Positions 36,875 through 48,797 of a stretch of DNA of 64,000 bases are shown one piece after another; within the stretch, counting starts at the first letter, position 1; each line of letters opens with the position of its first letter. Both the position numbers and the translations under genes were made by a program. Source of the DNA: Macrostomum hystrix (Eukaryota; Animalia; Platyhelminthes); the NCBI GenBank assembly GCA_950097015.1, contig CATNEN010000002.1:8990001-9054000 (forward strand). The letters run 5' to 3'. The notes under the pieces are model-generated. The model was not told the origin of the DNA, searched no databases, and saw nothing but the letters and a program-made list of their open reading frames with translations.

Positions 36875-39800
36875 TCACTCTCCCATCCATCCATCCAGTG
36901 TCTCACTCTCCCATCCATCCAGTGTCTCACTCTCCCATCCATCCAGTGTCTCACTCTCCCATCCATCCAGTGTCTCACTCTCCCATCCATCCAGTGTCTC
37001 ACTCTCCCATCCATCCAGTGTCTCACTCTCCCATCCATCCATCCAGTGTCTCACTCTCCCATCCATCCAGTGTCTCACTCTCCCATCCATCCAGTGTCTC
37101 ACTCTCCCATCCATCCAGTGTCTCACTCTCCCATCCATCCAGTGTCTCACTCTCCCATCCATCCAGTGTCTCACTCTCCCATCCATCCAGTGTCTCACTC
37201 TCCCACCCATCCATCCAGTGTCTCACTCTCCCATCCATCCAGTGTCTCACTCTCCCATCCATCCAGTGTCTCACTCTCCCACCCATCCATCCAGTGTCTC
37301 ACTCTCCCATCCATCCAGTGTCTCACTCTCCCATCCATCCAGTGTCTCACTCTCCCATCCATCCATCCAGTGTCTCACTCTCCCATCCATCCAGTGTCTC
37401 ACTCTCCCACCCATCCATCCAGTGTCTCACTCTCCCATCCATCCAGTGTCTCACTCTCCCATCCATCCAGTGTCTCACTCTCCCATCCATCCAGTGTCTC
37501 ACTCTCCCATCCATCCATCCAGTGTCTCACTCTCCCATCCATCCATCCAGTGTCTCACTCTCCCATCCATCCAGTGTCTCACTCTCCCATCCATCCATCC
37601 AGTGTCTCACTCTCCCATCCATCCATCCAGTGTCTCACTCTCCCATCCATCCATCCAGTGTCTCACTCTCCCATCCATCCATCCAGTGTCTCACTCTCCC
37701 ATCCATCCAGTGTCTCACTCTCCCATCCATCCAGTGTCTCACTCTCCCATCCATCCAGTGTCTCACTCTCCCATCCATCCAGTGTCTCACTCTCCCATCC
37801 ATCCATCCAGTGTCTCACTCTCCCATCCATCCAGTGTCTCACTCTCCCATCCATCCATCCAGTGTCTCACTCTCCCATCCATCCAGTGTCTCACTCTCCC
37901 ATCCATCCAGTGTCTCACTCTCCCATCCATCCATCCAGTGTCTCACTCTCCCATCCATCCATCCAGTGTCTCACTCTCCCATCCATCCATCCAGTGTCTC
38001 ACTCTCCCATCCATCCAGTGTCTCACTCTCCCATCCATCCATCCAGTGTCTCACTCTCCCATCCATCCAGTGTCTCACTCTCCCATCCATCCATCCAGTG
38101 TCTCACTCTCCCATCCATCCAGTGTCTCACTCTCCCATCCATCCAGTGTCTCACTCTCCCATCCATCCAGTGTCTCACTCTCCCATCCATCCAGTGTCTC
38201 ACTCTCCCATCCATCCATCCAGTGTCTCACTCTCCCATCCATCCAGTGTCTCACTCTCCCATCCATCCAGTGTCTCACTCTCCCATCCATCCAGTGTCTC
38301 ACTCTCCCATCCATCCAGTGTCTCACTCTCCCATCCATCCAGTGTCTCACTCTCCCATCCATCCAGTGTCTCACTCTCCCATCCATCCATCCAGTGTCTC
38401 ACTCTCCCATCCATCCAGTGTCTCACTCTCCCATCCATCCAGTGTCTCACTCACCCATCCATCCAGTGTCTCACTCTCCCATCCATCCAGTGTCTCACTC
38501 TCCCATCCATCCAGTGTCTCACTCTCCCATCCATCCATCCAGTGTCTCACTCTCCCATCCATCCAGTGTCTCACTCTCCCATCCATCCAGTGTCTCACTC
38601 TCCCATCCATCCAGTGTCTCACTCTCCCATCCATCCAGTGTCTCACTCTCCCATCCATCCAGTGTCTCACTCTCCCATCCATCCATCCAGTGTCTCACTC
38701 TCCCATCCATCCAGTGTCTCACTCTCCCATCCATCCATCCAGTGTCTCACTCTCCCATCCATCCAGTGTCTCACTCTCCCATCCATCCAGTGTCTCACTC
38801 TCCCATCCATCCATCCAGTGTCTCACTCTCCCATCCATCCATCCAGTGTCTCACTCTCCCATCCATCCATCCAGTGTCTCACTCTCCCATCCATCCAGTG
38901 TCTCACTCTCCCATCCATCCATCCAGTGTCTCACTCTCCCATCCATCCAGTGTCTCACTCTCCCATCCATCCATCCAGTGTCTCACTCTCCCATCCATCC
39001 AGTGTCTCACTCTCCCATCCATCCAGTGTCTCACTCTCCCATCCATCCATCCAGTGTCTCACTCTCCCATCCATCCATCCAGTGTCTCACTCTCCCATCC
39101 ATCCATCCAGTGTCTCACTCTCCCATCCATCCAGTGTCTCACTCTCCCATCCATCCATCCAGTGTCTCACTCTCCCATCCATCCATCCAGTGTCTCACTC
39201 TCCCATCCATCCAGTGTCTCACTCTCCCATCCATCCAGTGTCTCACTCTCCCATCCATCCAGTGTCTCACTCTCCCATCCATCCAGTGTCTCACTCTCCC
39301 ATCCATCCAGTGTCTCACTCTCCCATCCATCCAGTGTCTCACTCTCCCATCCATCCAGTGTCTCACTCTCCCATCCATCCAGTGTCTCACTCTCCCATCC
39401 ATCCAGTGTCTCACTCTCCCATCCATCCAGTGTCTCACTCTCCCATCCATCCAGTGTCTCACTCTCCCATCCATCCAGTGTCTCACTCTCCCATCCATCC
39501 AGTGTCTCACTCTCCCATCCATCCAGTGTCTCACTCTCCCATCTATTTAGTGTCTCACTCTCCCATCCATCCAGTGTCTCACTCTCCCATCTATTTAGTG
39601 TCTCACTCTCCCATCCATCCAGTGTCTCACTCTCCCATCCATCCAGTGTCTCACTCTCCCATCCATCCAGTGTCTCACTCTCCCATCCATCCAGTGTCTC
39701 ACTCCCATCCATCCAGTGTCTCACTCTCCCATCCATCCATCCAGTGTCTCACTCTCCCATCCATCCAGTGTCTCACTCTCCCATCCATCCATCCAGTGTC

Positions 39801-42800
39801 TCACTCTCCCATCCATCCAGTGTCTCACTCTCCCATCCATCCATCCAGTGTCTCACTCTCCCATCCATCCAGTGTCTCACTCTCCCATCCATCCAGTGTC
39901 TCACTCTCCCATCCATCCATCCAGTGTCTCACTCTCCCATCCATCCATCCAGTGTCTCACTCTCCCATCCATCCATCCAGTGTCTCACTCTCCCATCCAT
40001 CCAGTGTCTCACTCTCCCATCCATCCATCCAGTGTCTCACTCTCCCATCCATCCAGTGTCTCACTCTCCCATCCATCCATCCAGTGTCTCACTCTCCCAT
40101 CCATCCAGTGTCTCACTCTCCCATCCATCCAGTGTCTCACTCTCCCATCCATCCAGTGTCTCACTCTCCCATCCATCCAGTGTCTCACTCTCCCATCCAT
40201 CCAGTGTCTCACTCTCCCATCCATCCAGTGTCTCACTCTCCCATCTATTTAGTGTCTCACTCTCCCATCCATCCAGTGTCTCACTCTCCCATCTATTTAG
40301 TGTCTCACTCTCCCATCCATCCAGTGTCTCACTCTCCCATCTATTTAGTGTCTCACTCTCCCATCCATCCAGTGTCTCACTCTCCCATCCATCCAGTGTC
40401 TCACTCTCCCATCCATCCAGTGTCTCACTCTCCCATCCATCCAGTGTCTCACTCTCCCATCCATCCAGTGTCTCACTCTCCCATCCATCCAGTGTCTCAC
40501 TCTCCCATCCATCCAGTGTCTCACTCTCCCATCCATCCAGTGTCTCACTCTCCCATCCATCCAGTGTCTCACTCTCCCATCCATCCAGTGTCTCACTCTC
40601 CCATCCATCCAGTGTCTCACTCTCCCATCCATCCAGTGTCTCACTCTCCCATCCATCCAGTGTCTCACTCTCCCATCCATCCAGTGTCTCACTCTCCCAT
40701 CCATCCAGTGTCTCACTCTCCCATCCATCCAGTGTCTCACTCTCCCATCTATTTAGTGTCTCACTCTCCCATCCATCCAGTGTCTCACTCTCCCATCTAT
40801 TTAGTGTCTCACTCTCCCATCCATCCAGTGTCTCACTCTCCCATCTATTTAGTGTCTCACTCTCCCATCTATCCAGTGTCTCACTCTCCCATCCATCCAG
40901 TGTCTCACTCTCCCATCCATCCAGTGTCTCACTCTCCCATCCATCCAGTGTCTCACTCCCATCCATCCAGTGTCTCACTCTCCCATCCATCCATCCAGTG
41001 TCTCACTCTCCCATCCATCCAGTGTCTCACTCTCCCATCCATCCATCCAGTGTCTCACTCTCCCATCCATCCAGTGTCTCACTCTCCCATCCATCCATCC
41101 AGTGTCTCACTCTCCCATCCATCCAGTGTCTCACTCTCCCATCCATCCAGTGTCTCACTCTCCCATCCATCCATCCAGTGTCTCACTCTCCCATCCATCC
41201 ATCCAGTGTCTCACTCTCCCATCCATCCATCCAGTGTCTCACTCTCCCATCCATCCAGTGTCTCACTCTCCCATCCATCCATCCAGTGTCTCACTCTCCC
41301 ATCCATCCAGTGTCTCACTCTCCCATCCATCCATCCAGTGTCTCACTCTCCCATCCATCCAGTGTCTCACTCTCCCATCCATCCAGTGTCTCACTCTCCC
41401 ATCCATCCAGTGTCTCACTCTCCCATCCATCCAGTGTCTCACTCTCCCATCCATCCAGTGTCTCACTCTCCCATCCATCCAGTGTCTCACTCTCCCATCT
41501 ATTTAGTGTCTCACTCTCCCATCCATCCAGTGTCTCACTCTCCCATCTATTTAGTGTCTCACTCTCCCATCCATCCAGTGTCTCACTCTCCCATCCATCC
41601 AGTGTCTCACTCTCCCATCCATCCAGTGTCTCACTCTCCCATCCATCCAGTGTCTCACTCTCCCATCCATCCAGTGTCTCACTCTCCCATCCATCCAGTG
41701 TCTCACTCTCCCATCCATCCAGTGTCTCACTCTCCCATCCATCCAGTGTCTCACTCTCCCATCCATCCAGTGTCTCACTCTCCCATCCATCCAGTGTCTC
41801 ACTCTCCCATCTATTTAGTGTCTCACTCTCCCATCCATCCAGTGTCTCACTCTCCCATCCATCCAGTGTCTCACTCTCCCATCCATCCAGTGTCTCACTC
41901 TCCCATCCATCCATCCAGTGTCTCACTCTCCCATCCATCCATCCAGTGTCTCACTCTCCCATCCATCCATCCAGTGTCTCACTCTCCCATCCATCCAGTG
42001 TCTCACTCTCCCATCCATCCATCCAGTGTCTCACTCTCCCATCCATCCAGTGTCTCACTCTCCCATCCATCCATCCAGTGTCTCACTCTCCCATCCATCC
42101 AGTGTCTCACTCTCCCATCCATCCAGTGTCTCACTCTCCCATCCATCCAGTGTCTCACTCTCCCATCCATCCATCCAGTGTCTCACTCTCCCATCCATCC
42201 AGTGTCTCACTCTCCCATCCATCCATCCAGTGTCTCACTCTCCCATCCATCCAGTGTCTCACTCTCCCATCCATCCAGTGTCTCACTCTCCCATCCATCC
42301 ATCCAGTGTCTCACTCTCCCATCCATCCATCCAGTGTCTCACTCTCCCATCCATCCATCCAGTGTCTCACTCTCCCATCCATCCAGTGTCTCACTCTCCC
42401 ATCCATCCATCCAGTGTCTCACTCTCCCATCCATCCAGTGTCTCACTCTCCCATCCATCCATCCAGTGTCTCACTCTCCCATCCATCCAGTGTCTCACTC
42501 TCCCATCCATCCAGTGTCTCACTCTCCCATCCATCCAGTGTCTCACTCTCCCATCCATCCATCCAGTGTCTCACTCTCCCATCCATCCATCCAGTGTCTC
42601 ACTCTCCCATCCATCCATCCAGTGTCTCACTCTCCCATCCATCCAGTGTCTCACTCTCCCATCCATCCATCCAGTGTCTCACTCTCCCATCCATCCAGTG
42701 TCTCACTCTCCCATCCATCCAGTGTCTCACTCTCCCATCCATCCAGTGTCTCACTCTCCCATCCATCCAGTGTCTCACTCTCCCATCCATCCAGTGTCTC

Positions 42801-43085
42801 ACTCTCCCATCCATCCAGTGTCTCACTCTCCCATCCATCCAGTGTCTCACTCTCCCATCCATCCAGTGTCTCACTCTCCCATCCATCCAGTGTCTCACTC
42901 TCCCATCCATCCAGTGTCTCACTCTCCCATCCATCCAGTGTCTCACTCTCCCATCCATCCAGTGTCTCACTCTCCCATCCATCCAGTGTCTCACTCCCAT
43001 CCATCCAGTGTCTCACTCTCCCATCCATCCAGTGTCTCACTCCCATCTATTTAGTGTCTCACTCTCATCTATTTAGTGTCTCACA
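36875..43085. repeat. 6.2-kb 24/28-bp satellite (AGTGTCTCACTCTCCCATCCATCC[ATCC])
   Basis: About 245 monomers; variants with ATCTATTTAG and 22-bp deletions. Source of the 2162-aa and 1952-aa pseudo-ORFs. Confidence 0.97.
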
Positions 43086-44754
43086 GGTAAATACGGGAGG
43101 GCAACCTGGCGCCAGCATGCCCCAATGGTGCTCTCAAAAATTTCTGTTAGATTTTTAGGATACCTGTCACCTTGGGGATCGGGAATGGGAAGAAGGTGAT
43201 TGAATAATTTATCCCCACTCCTGAAGTCTGTAAGCAACGCTGGGCACTTCCCAATGAGTTGAGTTGAGACAGCTGCAAAACCCTGATAGCTCCCCCAGCT
43301 GCGGATGTGACACGGAGAGGACAAAAGTTATAGGAAATGCAGCTATCAATCTGTGTCCCTGTGCACTGTAGATTGTCTATGGTGAGATTCGCCAGGGCGG
43401 GACCGCCTCGCGCCGCACTGCACTGGTGGCGAGACAACTGGCACGATCAATAAAGCAAGCAGTTAAAATGTAACCTAGTTACTATTATTCTTTGAATTAG
43501 CTCAATAACCAATAGAGTGAATCCGTATATTAACTGGTACATTCCAATGCTAGGCAAAGCTTAGAGTTAACAGTAGAATGAGCACGGCGGTATTTCAAAT
43601 ATCAATACTTCTGGTTCTCCCATCGAGATATTCAACGATTCTCGTGGGGTGCCTGAAGATGAAAGCCACCAACATAGGCGCAGGTTATCAGCTCAAAAAG
43701 TTTCATCACGCGACCATGTCGTTTATTATTGTTGATCATTCAGTTAGCAATGGTGGACTTTCACGAAAATCGGTCGCTCGGTTTGGGAGCTGTCGTGAAG
43801 TGGGAAGTGGGTATTTGAAATAGCCCGTGGTCTATCTACTGTTGGGAACTATTGGGAGCACTCAGTGGCGCAGAACACGCTGCTCAAAATCCCCCCCCCA
43901 ACTCTCAAAGCTGTCATTGAGCTTGGCCAAATTGATGACGCATATCCAGCAGCTGAGAATAGAATTGGCGAACTCCGACTGAGTTTGCCTGTCCGATCGA
44001 TTTCAAGAGAACTAAGTCTCAGAGATTTCGAATTGGAAATTGGATAACTACTTAGGTAGCCAAGAGTGGGATGTGACACTTGTCTGTTGCACCTTGTAAG
44101 CTTTGGCAGAAATACCGTCTCTTGAAAGCCCAGGTGCATCAGTTCCCCCACTTGCCTCCTGCCAATACTTCTTAACTCATTCATGAAACAAATCGATTTT
44201 GTGCCCAAGATATACTCTCTCTTTCCCATCATCTCCCATTCCCATATTCTGCCCTAACCGTTTTCTCCCCATCATCTTCTGCGCTCTAATATCTGGCCAT
44301 TTTTCTGCATTCTGCCTTCTTTTGAAAAGTTCCTTTAACCAAAGAGTTTGTAACTTTTCGACGCCACAACCGAAGCATCTTCAAGCCATTCCAGATTTCC
44401 ATAATTCCTGAGTTCCCCAAATTCAGCAGGCGAGACACTCGTTGATGCTAAATTTAGCCGCATGCCCAGAAGCCCCGCCCCCGCAAGCCCAACCTTCCTT
44501 AAACTCCTATAGACGCCTCTGGCCGGACAAGCACCCACCCCACCTACCGGAGGGAGGTGGGTGCTGCTGCAGTCAGCAAAATCGATTTTTTCAGCAAATG
44601 AAGCTGACAAACTGACTCACTGCATCCGAGACCAAATAAAGCACTCAGTGTCATTAGAGAATGAGTGAGAACAGATTTAAGAATGAGACGTAATTTCTGT
44701 GTAAGCCTGTACTTCACCGCGTATTTAGGCCAGTCTTGTCCATCAAAATTCCGA

Positions 44755-45477
44755 ATAGAATACAATAGAAAAGAATAGAATATCACAGAATGGAATAGAA
44801 TTTAATAGATTGGAATAGAATAGAATGGAATAGAATATAATGGAATAGAATAGAATGGAATAGAATAGAATGGAATAGAATAGAATGGAATAGAATATCA
44901 CAGAATAGAATAGAATAGAATAGAATGGGATAGAATGGAATAGAATGGGATAGAATGGAATAGAATGAAATAGAATGAGATAGAATGGAATAGAATGGGA
45001 CAGAATGGAATAGAATAGAATAGAATGCAATGGAATGGAAAGACTGGAATAGAATGAAATAGAATGGGACAGAATGGAATAGAATAGAATAGAATGCAAT
45101 GGAATGGAAAGAATGGAATAGAATGGGATAGAATGGGATAGAATGGAGTAGAATAGAATAGAATGCAATGGAATGGAAAGAATGGAATAGAATGGGATAG
45201 AATGGAGTAGAATAGAATAGAATGCAATGGAATGGAAAGAATGGAATAGAATGGGATAGAATGGAGTAGAATAGAATAGAATGCAATGGAATGGAAAGAA
45301 TGGAATAGAATGGGATAGAATGGGATAGAATGGAGTAGAATAGAATAGAATGCAATGGAATGGAAAGAATGGAATAGAATGGGATAGAATGGAGTAGAAT
45401 AGAATAGAATGCAATGGAATGGAAAGAATGGAATAGAATGGGATAGAATGGGATAGAATGGGATAGAATGGAATAGC
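44755..45477. repeat. Pentameric (GAATA/GAATG/GGAAT)n satellite with ~60-70-bp super-period
   Basis: AATGCAATGGAATGGAAAGAATGG block recurs about 7 times within the pentamer array. Confidence 0.9.
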
Positions 45478-45579
45478 TCAAGAAGGAGTGAAATTAAACA
45501 ATGAAATCGTCGCAGAATGAGATAAAATGGATTGCACAGAACGGCACTGAGCCACAGTCCAGACACGCTGGCTGCTCAT

Positions 45580-45657
45580 AGTCCAGGCAGGGTGCAGCTG
45601 CTCATAGTCCAGGCAGGGTGCAGCTGCTCATAGTCCAGGCAGGGTGCAGCTGCTCAT
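45580..45657. repeat. 26-bp unit x3 (GCTGCTCATAGTCCAGGCAGGGTGCA)
   Basis: Three perfect copies. Confidence 0.85.
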
Positions 45658-46364
45658 TGTTAAATCCGGGAGCACCAGCCAAATCGATGCCAAACAGGCT
45701 AAAAATAGCTCCCCCCATCACTGGGCCGAATTGATTGCGAATGCCTGTCCGGCACACTGTCCCAGCAATGCCTCCCACTTCAAGCCGGCTGCGTGTTCTG
45801 GCATTTCCCCGGCAACACAGCCCCCTCTCTGCCGTCTCGATTCCCAATCCAATCCTCATGCGCGGGACTAAATTTGGAAATGCCTCTGTTCTGAATTCCC
45901 GAGGGGACTTGAGTTGTTCCGCGCCGTCTCGCCTGGCTGATGGTTTCTCGCAATATACCAACTGCCGCTGTGTGCTCAACTGCTCAAATTTATCCCCCAA
46001 GCTGAATTCTGGGGTTCCTCACCCGCCTAAATTGTCTGTTTCTCCCCATTCCGATGTCTGACCAACCAGACCGCCTGCGTGTGTCTTGTCCGGCATTTGA
46101 GCACATTTTTGAGCAGTAAAAGTTTGTCGGCCTGTCTGAGCGAGCTTGGTTTCAATAAAATTCCGTGCGAGTTGCCGCACCTTGAACGGCTGCCTTCTGC
46201 AAATTGCCATGAGGGCTGTAATTATGCCCCACAAAGTAACTCTAAAATACAGCTGTAACCCAAACACAGCCTCTAGTGCAAACTATTTGCGACCCAGTTA
46301 ATATCTCGCTATAGCCCAGATACAATCTACGTGATTACAACGCAGTAAAAATCTAGTCATAATC

Positions 46365-47010
46365 CAGTTGCAACCCAGTTACAACCCAGTTGCAATCCAG
46401 TTACAAACCAGTTACAACCCAGTTGCAACCCAGTTACAACCCAGTTATAACCTAGTTACAACCCAGTTACAACCCAGTTACAACCTAGTTACAACCCAGT
46501 TGCAACCCAGTTACAACCCAGTTATAACCCACTTAAAACCGAGTTACAACCTAGTTACAACCCAGTTACAACCCAGTTACAACCCAGTTACAACCCAGTT
46601 ACAACCTAGTTACAACCCAGTTACAACCCAGTTACAACCTAGCTACAACCCAGTTACAACCCAGTTGCAACCCAGTTACAACCCAGTTACAACCCAGTTA
46701 CAACCCACTTACAACCCAGTTATAACCCAGTTACAACCCAGTTATAACCGAGTTACAATCCAGTTAGAAACCAGTTACAACCCAGTTACAACCCAGTTAC
46801 AACCCAGTTACAACCTAGTTACAACCCAGTTACAACCCAGTTACAACCCAGTTATAACCCAGTTACAACCCAGTTACAACCCAGTTACAACCCAGTTACA
46901 ACCCACTTACAACCCACTTTTACAACCCAGTTACAACCCAGTTACAACCCAGTTACAACCCAGTTACAACCCAGTTACAACCCACTTACAACCCAGTTAC
47001 AAACCAGTTT
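46365..47010. repeat. 11-bp minisatellite (TTACAACCCAG)
   Basis: About 58 copies. Confidence 0.95.
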
Positions 47011-47659
47011 CAATCCTTCCAGTTTTTGAGTATAGAAGGTTGAGTCGATAAATAACGGAAGGCACTGAATTAAGGGAACATTTCTAGTCGTTTTTCCAAA
47101 TTCGTACTTATTCAGCTTCAGTACTTAACGAAGGCCATGCGTCCCGAATGACTAATGATCTCGACAAAAAAGCAACAGCAAGAGAGGCAGGGCAGGTGAA
47201 AGCGGAGAGGTGCGTGGGAGAATATCCATATACTTATCCGTGTTCATCAAGAAGTGGATGAGCCCCTCCCCTGAAACTCACCTGAGGTGCTCGGATCGCG
47301 CAACGGATAATGAGGCGAAAAAGCAAAGTTCCTTTTGCTCCAGAGGAAGAATTTATCAATTCTTTGCTTACTTTTAAATACTTTTTATTACTTTTTATAG
47401 TTCACTGCTTACAACCTACTTGCTGAAGGCAGTTCTTAAAGGTGACATTGTGTGCCCTCTACTGTCATTTTTAACCAATTGATTAACTAGTCTATTGGAA
47501 ATACGGAAAACAGTCAGTCATAGGTTTAAAAGTGCATTTAGGGCTACTGCAAGTAGTCTTTGATCTGACGTTCTCTGACAGTCATATCAGGTGACATTTG
47601 AATATCTTCGATTTCAGGGGACAAAATAAAAGGCTGGACAAATAATGAAATGGTACTGC

Positions 47660-48195
47660 ATGGAGATGGGACTGACGATGGGGCTGAGGATGAGACCTTG
47701 GGACTGGGTATGGGGCTGAGGATGGGGCTGAGGATGGGACTGGAGATGGGACTGGGGATGGGGCTGAGGATGGGGCTGAGGATGGGACTGGAGATGGGAC
47801 TGGGGATGGGACTGAGGATGGGACTGGGATAGGATTGAGTATGGGACTGGGAATGAGACTTAGGATGGGACAGGGGGTTGGACTGAGAATTGGACTGGGG
47901 ATGGGGCTGAGGATGGGACTGGGAATGACACTTAGGATGGGACTGAGGATGGGACTGGAGATGGGACTGAGTATGGGACTGGGAATGAGACTTACGATGG
48001 GACAGGGGGTTGGACTGAGAATGGACTGGGGATGGGGCTGAGGATGGGGCTGCGGATAGTATAGGGGATGGACTGAGGATGGGTCTGGGGATGGGACTGG
48101 GGATGGGGCTGGGGATGTGGCTTGGGACGGGAGTCGTGATGGGACTGGAGATGGGACAGAGGATGGGCCGATGGATGGGACTGAGTATGGGACTT
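47660..48195. repeat. 12-bp-based G-rich minisatellite (GATGGGACTGAG / GATGGGACTGGG)
   Basis: Visible tandem copies. Confidence 0.9.
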
Positions 48196-48797
48196 GGGGT
48201 GGACAGGAACTTATTAAAGAGCTGTTTACTTAAGCAATGTCTGCTGTGGCATTGTGCGGCGTCCGATAGATAGATATAATGCATTAGCGAGTCTGGCAGA
48301 GCTCAAAGCAAAATTCTCTCGCAAATTGTCTCATTGTAAATTTTAAAGGATGTGCTAGCTAGAAAAATCTAAAAAATGCTCCGTCTACGGCTCGTAAAAC
48401 AAGTGGCAAAGGACCTTGCAGCCTTAGCTGTTTGCAGTTGTGATTACCCCAGTGTCTATTGTTCCGCAGCAGTCAAGCTTCGCCGCTGGCACCTCTGAAC
48501 TAAGCTGGCGTGTCATTAATCATATTAAAGTTTTCCAAACTAATACTATTCATCTTGACTCGTGAGAGCCTTGCGATAGAAGCTGAGATAAATGCTTTTA
48601 TCGCGAACTTTCGTATGGTGCATACCGAGCCTTCTCAAACGTTTCAACACTATATTAGACACTTTAAAGTTAGAGCAGACACAGAAACCAGTGGATAGTG
48701 TGCTACAGAGTCCTCATCGAAATAGCAGAAAATATTGCTGCAAAATCCTGTCGTTGCGTTAACTAGGCACTTATACGAGCTACAAATTCCAGCAGCC

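Noticed and set aside
36670-43158. 2162-aa and 1952-aa ORFs ([16 protein letters not shown] repeats)
   Set aside because: They are translations of a 24/28-bp satellite lacking stops on the + strand; several frames are open at once and frames swap with each 4-bp indel.
43090-46270. Short ORFs at 43849-44232, 43865-44047 and 45602-46000 as genes or transposon fragments
   Set aside because: No recognisable motif, no consistent splice model, and no terminal repeats.
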